64,000 bases of DNA. Origin: Bacteroidaceae bacterium. Its GTDB lineage: Bacteria > Bacteroidota > Bacteroidia > Bacteroidales > Bacteroidaceae. The stretch's first letter is position 1. Each line of letters opens with the position of its first letter. This document shows, one piece after another, positions 57,039 through 64,000 of the stretch. Where the stretch lies: positions 235-64,234 of the forward strand of contig JAZQZM010000015.1 in assembly GCA_045634085.1 (NCBI GenBank). The letters run 5' to 3'. The notes under the pieces are model-generated. The model worked only from the letters and a program-made list of their open reading frames with translations. It had not been told where the DNA came from and ran no database searches. The translations under genes were made by a program, and so were the position numbers.

Positions 57039-57818
57039 TCAGAACAAATAAGTGAATCCAAAAGTTCCATAAATGGGGTAGAGCGGGAATGTCACGCTGC
57101 TGAAATCTTTGGGGAATATTCCATTCATGCTCCACTGCAGGTTGGCAAAAAGGGCAAGGTGCTCATATGCGCGGTATTCACCACCGGCCTGCACTCCCCA
57201 GTTGAACTTGCGTATGTCGCCACTGAAGTCATATTTTGCACTTGTCACTTCGGCCTTTTCACCGGTGGGATTCTGGTCGCGTATGTAGCCGTCATAAGCC
57301 TCTCCGCTGAATTCGCCGTCGAGCAGGTATGATGCGTATGCACCTGCCGATACGTTCCACCTCTCATTTATCCTGTACACTGCAAGTACCGGAAGCGTGA
57401 GGTATGTATTCTTTACGCTGGTCTTTACTTTGCCAGTCCATGCACCCTGTACCTTTCCGCTACCGTCGGTGTTCCAAGCCTCCATGTGGTAGTTCTTTGT
57501 CTTTGCTCTGGTGGTCATGCCCTTTGTCTCAAGCCTTATACCCCAGCGTATGCCCCAGGGCGATTCCTTGAAACTCTTCTCTACCGTACCCTCGATTGCG
57601 AGGTTAAGTCCCGGATTGTAGCTCTCGATTCCGCGTATTTCGCGTGGAAGCGGCAACGGTGCAGTACCGCCGATATTGTAGCCCGCACTCAGGCGTATGT
57701 GCCACCCTTTAAGGGCAGCTTTGATGATGTTGTTGTCCCTGTCGCCAATCTCTTTTGTCTGTGCAACAGCAGAGAGTGCTATGAATGATGCAAAGAATGC
57801 AATGATAATCTTTTTCAT
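57039..57818 (-). CDS. Outer-membrane beta-barrel protein (OMP_b-brl_2-like)
   Basis: It has a signal peptide (MKKIIIAFFASFIALSAVAQ), alternating beta strands, and a C-terminal ...GFTYLF. Confidence 0.6.
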   Translation of the reverse strand: MKKIIIAFFASFIALSAVAQTKEIGDRDNNIIKAALKGWHIRLSAGYNIGGTAPLPLPREIRGIESYNPGLNLAIEGTVEKSFKESPWGIRWGIRLETKGMTTRAKTKNYHMEAWNTDGSGKVQGAWTGKVKTSVKNTYLTLPVLAVYRINERWNVSAGAYASYLLDGEFSGEAYDGYIRDQNPTGEKAEVTSAKYDFSGDIRKFNWGVQAGGEYRAYEHLALFANLQWSMNGIFPKDFSSVTFPLYPIYGTFGFTYLF

Positions 57819-57845
57819 ATTGTCGCGTTTCGCCGTTTTTGCGGG

Positions 57846-59000
57846 TTATTTGTCGTTCCAGTTTATCTTCAGCTCGTCAATATACAGCGTGCTGCCTATT
57901 GCTCCCTCAAAGAAGGCACCCTCCTTGCTTGAACTTGCAACGACTGTTATCGCATATTCGCCCTTTTCCAGTTTCTCTTGGTCAAATGCCTTGCCGTTTA
58001 CTGCTGTGTAGGGGATTTCGAACGCAGTCCACTCCTGGGGCTCGCCAGGGTTCTGCAGCTCGGCAACCAATACTATCCTGTCGCTTGAAAGTACGTTTGA
58101 ACCGTCAAGTGTCACAATGTCTGCAGGGTCAACCTCGTAAAGAACCGAATAGATGGCACATGTATCTCTGCGCCCGGCAACCTCTTCTTTCGCCTTGTCG
58201 GTGAAGGTCTCTCCTGGCGTGTATTTGTAGTATCCGGTAAGCGAGAGTGGTTCGCTTGGTGCTATTGTCATGCCGAAACGTGTAGCCTCAAGAGGCTTCT
58301 TCATTGCATTGGCGCTAAGGAACTCACCAATGAAGATGTTTCCGGCTGCAATTGGCATGCCTGCCATCTTGCCAAAAGAACCTGTGTCGCGGGTTGTGAG
58401 TTTGATGCAGTGCCCCTTATATCCGGCAGAGTCGGCCGATGTAGGGAAGTCCTCTGGTGTCTTGCCCTTTCCCGTGAAGGAAAATCCGGCATTGCCGCTT
58501 GCCCACCAGTTGAGTCTTGTACCGTTGGCATCAACCTCATACCACACATTGTATTTGCCTTTGGGTGCCGGTTGGTCAAGTTCAAAGTTCTCGAATGAGA
58601 ATACGGCTTCGGTGTCAATTACTGTCTGCTTTGTGAATGAGACTCTGTAACTCTTGTTCCAGTTTCCGTCTTCCGATGTTACCATGTAATACATGTACAC
58701 ACCACGGTCGCCGTTCTCTTCAATGCGTTCTTCCTTTGAGATATGTGCTCCGTGTGTCAGTTCGAACTGCGGATTGAACTGCTTGAGTGAGTCAATACTT
58801 GTATCCTCCTTTACGTAAAACCTGACATCGTAGTTGCTTATGATTGGTTTACCCGACAGGATTTCCTTGTGTTCCTCCAGCCATGCCGCCTTTACCGCCA
58901 ATATGTCGCACTCTGCATTTGGTGCTTCGTCTCTGATACATGATGCAAGTGTCGTAAGGATAAGGAGAAGCAATGCTGTGAATATGTTTTTCTTAGTCAT
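57846..59000 (-). CDS. PCMD-domain (putative carbohydrate metabolism domain) lipoprotein
   Basis: It has a lipoprotein signal (TLASC). The C-terminal pattern is WWASGNAGF...PIAAGNIFIGEF...FGM...LTGYYKYTPGE...AITVVASSSKEGAFFEGAIGSTLYIDEL, as I recall for PF13201. Confidence 0.65.
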   Translation of the reverse strand: MTKKNIFTALLLLILTTLASCIRDEAPNAECDILAVKAAWLEEHKEILSGKPIISNYDVRFYVKEDTSIDSLKQFNPQFELTHGAHISKEERIEENGDRGVYMYYMVTSEDGNWNKSYRVSFTKQTVIDTEAVFSFENFELDQPAPKGKYNVWYEVDANGTRLNWWASGNAGFSFTGKGKTPEDFPTSADSAGYKGHCIKLTTRDTGSFGKMAGMPIAAGNIFIGEFLSANAMKKPLEATRFGMTIAPSEPLSLTGYYKYTPGETFTDKAKEEVAGRRDTCAIYSVLYEVDPADIVTLDGSNVLSSDRIVLVAELQNPGEPQEWTAFEIPYTAVNGKAFDQEKLEKGEYAITVVASSSKEGAFFEGAIGSTLYIDELKINWNDK

Positions 59001-59026
59001 AATTGCGCAAAATTGTATTCAATGTG

Positions 59027-59034
59027 CAAAAATA
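59027..59034 (-). promoter_or_regulatory. -7 promoter box on the minus strand (TATTTTTG)
   Basis: The reverse complement of CAAAAATA lies 27 nt upstream of the ATG at 59000. Confidence 0.45.
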
Positions 59035-59096
59035 ACTAAAAAACTCTCTGCAACGAATGTTTTTATTGTGTTTTGCTTGTTATTTAACATTTATAG

Positions 59097-59126
59097 ACAA
59101 AAAACATCAGCGTACTGCTGATGTTT
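59097..59126 (-). terminator. Rho-independent terminator of the STAS-kinase/phosphatase operon
   Basis: The stem CATCAGC / GCTGATG has a 5-nt loop. It is flanked by an A run, which reads as a U run on the minus strand. Confidence 0.65.
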
Positions 59127-59205
59127 AAAGTGAATGAAATGAAATCCTTGATATCGTTCTGCTCCATTCGAACGGTATTTGACTCCTTCAAAACTACTTC
59201 CGGTT

Positions 59206-60096
59206 TCATTTGGCCAGGACCATCGGTTCCAGATATCTTTCGCGCAAGAGTGTCATCATTTCCGGAGTCACTCCTATGCATTCCGTGAGATAGTTCCTGA
59301 GTGAGCCGTATCTTGCATCAATCTTTTTCAAAGTCTTCTCAAAGATGGCCGGATTGGCACCGATGAGAGTGTTTATGGCGGTTCTTTGTGCTTCACTCTT
59401 TGTCTCTATTCTTGCCACATGGGGGTCATAGTACTCCTTTGACAGAGTGAAATCGGCCATTATAAGGCCGTGGTCGGCACCTAAGGCTGCCAGAAGCATT
59501 GCCGATGCGCAACCGGCACGGTCCTTGCCCTGAGTGCAATGCCATAGCACTGCACCATCTTCGGGCTGCATTGTAGTGAGGTCGGCAAAGAACCGGCGAT
59601 ACACCTCCTGTGACGATTCGTCAAAGAATATCATGTCGTATATGTTTTCACACATCGCTTGAATGGCAGGGTGCTCGGCATTCTCAAGCAACATTAGTAC
59701 CAGCTCATTCTCCTTCCTGATTTTGACGCTGTCTTTTGTCTCACCTTTGTTAAAAGACAATGATAGTGGCAGGTATGTCGCGTCTCCGGGAATGATGTCA
59801 GGAGCAGCCAGAGCCTCTTCTTGGCCACGGAAATCGTAGATGCGCTGAAGCCTATATTTTTTGGCAAGGCGGATGGAATCTTCTTCGGACAGTCCCGATA
59901 ATCTGGCACTGCGAAGCAACAGCCCTTCCTTTACCCTTTTGTCGCCTATCCTGTAGCCTCCTAATTGCCTGGCATTATGAACGCTGGCAAGCCCTATCTG
60001 CTGGTTCTCCAGATGAAGTTCCTGGTTTTCGGGATATGTATTGCAAGAGACAAGCATCAGTAATATATATGCAATGGCATTAAATGAACGGACCAT
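59206..60096 (-). CDS. Lipoprotein tyrosine-phosphatase-family enzyme (CX5R, Y_phosphatase3-like)
   Basis: It has a lipoprotein signal (LLMLVSC) and the P-loop HCTQGKDRAG. Confidence 0.8.
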   Translation of the reverse strand: MVRSFNAIAYILLMLVSCNTYPENQELHLENQQIGLASVHNARQLGGYRIGDKRVKEGLLLRSARLSGLSEEDSIRLAKKYRLQRIYDFRGQEEALAAPDIIPGDATYLPLSLSFNKGETKDSVKIRKENELVLMLLENAEHPAIQAMCENIYDMIFFDESSQEVYRRFFADLTTMQPEDGAVLWHCTQGKDRAGCASAMLLAALGADHGLIMADFTLSKEYYDPHVARIETKSEAQRTAINTLIGANPAIFEKTLKKIDARYGSLRNYLTECIGVTPEMMTLLRERYLEPMVLAK

Positions 60097-60101
60097 ATCT
60101 G

Positions 60102-61304
60102 TTACAAGTTGTCTACTACGTTTACCAGGTATCTTACACCCCCGACAATGTTCTGTATGTTGGGGAAGAACACCTTGCGTGCCATGTCAATGATTGCAGG
60201 GCGGTATTTCTCAGTGTTCTTCGAGTTGAAACCTATGGCAAAAACTGTGCGTATGAGTCGCAGGGCATCCATCATGGAGCCGAACTTCTGAATCATCTCC
60301 GGGTCTTCTGTCCTGAAATACTTTTTTATGAAGCACTCTTTGAGAAGTGCGACCGTAGCATTGTCCATGCCGGCAATGCCCATTATCATCTCATCGGTTC
60401 TCATTCCGTTGAGGATTACAGCGATTGAAATAAGGTCATAGATAGGATGGCCTACGCCCATCTGCTCCATGTCGATCCAGAGCATCTCGCCGTCCTGTAT
60501 CATCAGGTTCTTCGGGTGGGCGTCGCAGTGTACGAGCCTGTCACCTTCGGGCAGTGCGTCAAGAATCTGCTTCAAGCACTCTCCCTCCTCCTCGGTAAAG
60601 TATATTGATGCGTTTTTGACCTGATTACGGTAGTTTTCTTTGGCGCTGGTGAATATCGGGTTATCGGTGCGGATAGAGTGGAGCAAGTTGAGCTGTCCGA
60701 TATATTTCTCGGTGAGTTCCTCCATGCGCTCCGGTTCGTTCTGCATGGTCTCGCCCAAAGTGAGGCTTTTGATGGTTTCATATACGACACCGCGTCGGCC
60801 CTCGCCGCAATCGACAATGTCGAATGATATGGCTGTAGGGATGCCCAGAAGGAATGCCTCCTTGGCCTTTGCGAGTTCCTTGTCAAGACCCTCGTATGTC
60901 TCGGGGTTGTAGTTGACCTTGACAATCTCATCTTCGCTTACTCTGTATACGGCACCGTTGCCGCCAAGGCCGATTCTTTCGCACTTGTCCAGGTCGATCT
61001 TACGCAATGCCTTTGTGATATTAATGATTCTTGAGAATCCGGTCATCTCAAAGACACTGTATACTGATGCCGGTACATTCTCTATCCTGAAATTCTTTTC
61101 ACTCTTCGCAATCTTGAGTATTGTGCGAAGGCCGCTTGATGCAATATATTGAAGCTCTGTCGCGTCAAGAACCATACTGCTATGCTGGTTGTTCTTGCAT
61201 ATTTCTATGATTTCGGCCTCGAACCTGATGGAATTTTCGGTATCAAGTCTTCCTGATAATGTTACATAAAGGCAATCATTGTCCAATCTGTAATTATAGT
61301 CCAT
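60102..61304 (-). CDS. Fusion protein: N-terminal STAS (anti-sigma-factor antagonist) domain plus an APH/choline-kinase-fold phosphotransferase
   Basis: The STAS part is LYVTLSGRLD...VLDATELQYIASSGLRTIL. The kinase part has GGNGAVYRV, IVKV (Lys), the catalytic LVHCDAHPKNLM and the metal-binding WIDMEQ. Confidence 0.75.
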   Translation of the reverse strand: MDYNYRLDNDCLYVTLSGRLDTENSIRFEAEIIEICKNNQHSSMVLDATELQYIASSGLRTILKIAKSEKNFRIENVPASVYSVFEMTGFSRIINITKALRKIDLDKCERIGLGGNGAVYRVSEDEIVKVNYNPETYEGLDKELAKAKEAFLLGIPTAISFDIVDCGEGRRGVVYETIKSLTLGETMQNEPERMEELTEKYIGQLNLLHSIRTDNPIFTSAKENYRNQVKNASIYFTEEEGECLKQILDALPEGDRLVHCDAHPKNLMIQDGEMLWIDMEQMGVGHPIYDLISIAVILNGMRTDEMIMGIAGMDNATVALLKECFIKKYFRTEDPEMIQKFGSMMDALRLIRTVFAIGFNSKNTEKYRPAIIDMARKVFFPNIQNIVGGVRYLVNVVDNL

Positions 61305-61599
61305 AATATTTCTTAATTGTTAATTGATAAAATCGTTGAACCTGTTTTTGGTGAAGTCATATTGGCGAGAAATCCTGTGCTGCAGATGTACTGCGGCCGC
61401 TGCAGATATCGCAGCCAACCAGCCTTGGCACTCTTCTATAATCTTGAAAACCACGATGCAAAGTTAATGAAATGCGCAAATACTTCAAAGTACATGGTTG
61501 TAAATATTTAACCAACAGGTTGTTTGTCAATGTGGATGAAGTCTGTTCCGGATAAATAATATAACAAAGACAAGTATCGTGATATGTGTCTTTTATGCA

Positions 61600-62129
61600 G
61601 GTAAGCTCCAATAGCCTATGGGAATCTTTAGGAAGGCAAATTGTAGATTGTAATGGGGCTTGTGACCCTTGTCAAGCCCCCCAAGAACGAGATTGTCACC
61701 ATACCCAATTCACACGTTATCTCCTCGCTGACCACCAATTACAGTTCATCGACGCAGGAGTATGGACTTATTATACACACCGATGTCACTTTCGGTTACG
61801 AAGTCCCCTGGGAACAGGTACACCAGCTTATGATACAGGCTGCTCTTGCAACACAGCATATCGAGTCCGATCCTGCTCCTTTTGTGTTGCAGACAAAACT
61901 GGACGATTGGTACGTTGTATACCAGATAAATGCCTACACCCGCCAGCCCGAGAAAATGGCAACCATCTACTCCGATCTTCACCAGCATATCCAGGACCTC
62001 TTCAACGAGGCCGGCATTGAGATAATGTCACCCCATTTCATGGTGTACGTCAGGCCGAGAGGGTATTCATGCCCGATGAGTATCTGCAGCCAAAAGAGAA
62101 GAACGAAGGCAAGAAGTGAGAGCAGATAG
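61600..62129 (+). pseudogene. Truncated, frameshifted remnant of an MscS-family mechanosensitive channel gene (C-terminal beta/alpha-beta domains only)
   Basis: KNEIVTIPNSHVISSLTTNYS and downstream cytoplasmic-domain sequence are present. No TM region lies upstream. The upstream piece (GRQIVDCNG) is in another frame. A plausible native C-terminus (FMPDEYLQPKEKNEGKK*) is in a different frame from about 62045. Confidence 0.6.
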
Positions 62130-62135
62130 CAGTAT

Positions 62136-62173
62136 AGAAGTAAGCGTTACAGGATTCTGTAACGCTTACTTCT
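62136..62173. terminator. Bidirectional terminator hairpin
   Basis: It is a 17-bp perfect stem AGAAGTAAGCGTTACAG / CTGTAACGCTTACTTCT with a 4-nt loop. Confidence 0.75.
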
Positions 62174-62186
62174 AATGTTAATTATG

Positions 62187-62642
62187 CTACTCTTCGTATA
62201 TATGAACATATCTATTTTCATCTAGAATGAATTTCTGCTCAAAAGGATAGATATATTTATTTTCTGGTATTTGGGGTGGTGTAATTTTTATCTTATCTAC
62301 TTCTACAACGGAGTATGCTTCTACGGTATTATTATTTATAAAAAGGATTGTAGTTAACGAATCAAACATCGTCTTTTTGTCACATATGCTTCTTAATCTA
62401 TCCGACATCTTCAAGTTGACAAAATCTTCTCTTTCTGTATTAAAATATGGATAAACCAAAAATATACTGTCATACTTTTCTTTGCAATAATCAACAAAGG
62501 TGAATGGCTTGCCAATTGCTTGCTTTTCAAGTTGAAGTTCTAGTTTTGGCTCGGTTGGATTGCAACCTATAAATAATAGCATGCCGATAGTGAATGTGAC
62601 TAAGCTATTCAAGAATTTTAAGCCTTCCATTGTTCGCTGCAT
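62187..62642 (-). CDS. Small lipoprotein, paralog B of a tandem pair (immunity-like)
   Basis: It has a lipobox (LLFIGC|N). Roughly half of its residues, judged by eye, match the upstream paralog (LELQLEKQ..KPFTF.DYCKE.YDSIFLVYPYFN...ILFIN...). Confidence 0.6.
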   Translation of the reverse strand: MQRTMEGLKFLNSLVTFTIGMLLFIGCNPTEPKLELQLEKQAIGKPFTFVDYCKEKYDSIFLVYPYFNTEREDFVNLKMSDRLRSICDKKTMFDSLTTILFINNNTVEAYSVVEVDKIKITPPQIPENKYIYPFEQKFILDENRYVHIYEE

Positions 62643-62696
62643 TTATTACATGTTTTAACAGTTCGTTTTCATCCCAGCCATTGATAATGGCAAATA

Positions 62697-63179
62697 TTAC
62701 TCATTGTGAATATGAATATTTCTTTCCTTGTCCATTATAAACTTCTGGTCGATTGGGAAGATATAATGTTTTTCAACTTCTCTTGCATTAAAGCCTGCAT
62801 TAGCAGTTGCTATAATTGAATAAGCCTTAACAATGCCTCTGTTTATAAAAAGTATAGTAGAGTATGAATCGGATAGAGCGTTTGATTCACAAATATCTTT
62901 TAGCCTGCAAGACATCCTGATATTTTTAAAATCCTTTTTTTCTATATTGAAATATGGATAAACCAAGAATATACTGTCATATCTTTCTTTGCAATAGTCT
63001 GCAAATGTAAATGGTTTATCAAATACTTGCTTTTCAAGTTGAAGCTCAAGTCTCTGCTCTTGAGGTGGAATTATTCCAAATGTGTTCAAAATATTTATAA
63101 TCTTGTTGCAACTTGTAAACAGGAAGGCGGCGATGAGAATGAGAAAGAGTCTCTTAAAATTCAATTTGTAATGTTCCAT
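62697..63179 (-). CDS. Small lipoprotein, paralog A of a tandem pair (immunity-like)
   Basis: It has a lipobox (AFLFTSC|N). The start at 63179 (or 63191) overlaps the 3' end of the upstream gene. Confidence 0.6.
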   Translation of the reverse strand: MEHYKLNFKRLFLILIAAFLFTSCNKIINILNTFGIIPPQEQRLELQLEKQVFDKPFTFADYCKERYDSIFLVYPYFNIEKKDFKNIRMSCRLKDICESNALSDSYSTILFINRGIVKAYSIIATANAGFNAREVEKHYIFPIDQKFIMDKERNIHIHNE

Positions 63180-63684
63180 TGTTAGCGGCATTTATTACTT
63201 TGTTTAAAAGTTCTACTTCATTCCAACCATTTATTATAGCTTGGTTGCCTAAATGGTATCCTACTGCATTATTATGTAGGTCCATTGCTTTTGCTCTATT
63301 ATTTGGTATATCTTCGTGTGTGTCACCAAACTCTTTTGCGAGTGGTGAGTTATAACCCGCAGAAACTTGGTTTAGTGCACACCAATAACAATGACGGATT
63401 GCGTCTCCATATCCATCTTCTGTGCCATCAAAATGCATCGTTGCTTTGAATGCTTTTTCTCTATTTTTTTTTATCTCTATGGCTAAAAATGGGTGCTTAA
63501 AAGATAATGTTTTTTCTTTTTCGGTTAGCTGGTTGTAGACCTTCTTGTAATCTTTGTACTTGTCACTGATGGGGTCATAACCATCTTCTTGCGGTGGGAA
63601 GTTTCCTTCATTCCAATTATCATACGCTCTTGCTCTCTCAAAAATGTTTGGTATTCTCTGGCCGTTGTTAACAAAGTTACTCAT
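63154..63684 (-). CDS. Small cytoplasmic-type protein with a DUF6973-like conserved block (putative toxin/effector)
   Basis: This 176-aa protein has no signal peptide. It carries the block GDAIRHCYWCALN...FGDTHED...AMDLHNNAVGYHLG. Confidence 0.55.
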   Translation of the reverse strand: MSNFVNNGQRIPNIFERARAYDNWNEGNFPPQEDGYDPISDKYKDYKKVYNQLTEKEKTLSFKHPFLAIEIKKNREKAFKATMHFDGTEDGYGDAIRHCYWCALNQVSAGYNSPLAKEFGDTHEDIPNNRAKAMDLHNNAVGYHLGNQAIINGWNEVELLNKVINAANNGTLQIEF

Positions 63685-63710
63685 AATTATTACACTTTAA
63701 AATTACAATG

Positions 63711-63718
63711 CAAAATTA
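63711..63718 (-). promoter_or_regulatory. -7 promoter box on the minus strand (TAATTTTG)
   Basis: The reverse complement of CAAAATTA lies 27 nt upstream of the ATG at 63684. Confidence 0.45.
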
Positions 63719-63865
63719 CCGTATAACCTTTTCTGCAAGGTTGCTGAATTGCCACTTTTAAGCAAATATACAAAACGTGCATGCCGTTGTCAATACTTTG
63801 CCGCAGGAAATGCGTTTTATTTTGTTTACTTTAACAAACAAGACAAGAGGTTGACTAAAAAGGTT

Positions 63866-63968
63866 CTTTTGTTGTTGTGCTCGCCCTCAAAATGCTCATT
63901 TACGCTTAGTAAACTTCGCTTTTTCGGGCCTAAAAATAACTCTTTTTATTCAACCTCATAACAACAAG
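63866..63968. repeat. Hairpin element copy 3
   Basis: The stem GCCCTCAAAATGC (63883-63895) pairs imperfectly with GCTTTTTCGGGC (63918-63929). The apex is TCA-TTTAC-GCTTA-GTAAA-CTTC (63896-63917). The outer arms are TTGTTGTTG / CAACAACAA. Confidence 0.55.
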
Positions 63969-64000
63969 TGGATAACCCAAAAGAAAATGGGTTATCCACT

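Noticed and set aside
61317-61611. ORFs of 64 aa (+) and 84 aa (-) in the gap upstream of the STAS-kinase gene.
   Set aside because: They are AT-rich, use a TTG or weak start, have no motifs, and overlap each other. The region is more likely non-coding promoter sequence or decayed DNA.
63749-63961. A 70-aa ORF to the right of the toxin-like gene.
   Set aside because: It starts with TTG and spans hairpin element copy 3. Its composition looks like translated structured DNA.
1-64000. Scan for tRNA, rRNA, transposase, integrase, or phage or conjugation genes.
   Set aside because: No T-loop-like GGTTCGAATCC-type sequence appears in the intergenic regions, no long non-coding conserved stretch is present, and no ORF shows a DDE, tyrosine-recombinase or serine-recombinase motif. 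Absence is judged by eye only.

Overview
This is a 64-kb chromosomal segment that looks like a Bacteroidales (Bacteroidota) genome. Three things point that way: many TAnnTTTG -7 promoter boxes 25-100 nt upstream of start codons, abundant lipoprotein and beta-barrel genes, and a complete type IX secretion core operon. No database search was possible, so every call rests on motifs read from the ORF translations and from the DNA.

Contents, left to right:
- The 3' end of an unidentified gene.
- A GH109-type NAD-dependent glycosidase.
- Two exported proteins of unknown function.
- An aromatic amino-acid operon: DAHP synthase, tyrA, aroB, aroA, pheA.
- An iron-cluster-like minus-strand operon (beta-barrel porin, imelysin, DUF1111 di-haem protein, fused CcsBA haem lyase), with a divergent hemerythrin-LuxR regulator.
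- aroQ, nnr, an SBF-like transporter and mfd.
- A thioesterase, a succinate/acetyl-CoA transferase and a TrmH methyltransferase.
- An MsbA-like ABC exporter, a LOG-family protein and a PfkB kinase.
- A His-rich adaptor plus a CusA/CzcA-type RND pump.
- A small T9SS-CTD protein plus a 963-aa duplicated Cthe_2159-like beta-helix protein.
- nadK, pdxJ-exbB-exbD-tonB, a DJ-1 protein, ispD, recG, ndk and an M23/LysM peptidase.
- The T9SS core porP-gldK-gldL-gldM-gldN, flanked by beta-barrel proteins.
- A PCMD lipoprotein / beta-barrel / tandem-calycin T9SS-cargo operon.
- An operon encoding a STAS-kinase fusion and a lipoprotein phosphatase.
- An MscS pseudogene.
- At the right edge, an AT-rich three-gene islet: a small toxin-like protein followed by two paralogous lipoproteins.

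I recognised no rRNA, tRNA, CRISPR array, transposase or integrase.

Most interesting candidates:
1. The toxin/immunity-like islet at 62.2-63.7 kb.
2. A family of ~100-nt hairpin elements (three copies) with a conserved apical motif and a compensatory base-pair change.
3. The STAS-APH kinase fusion operon.
4. The exported two-gene module at 2.3-4.8 kb.
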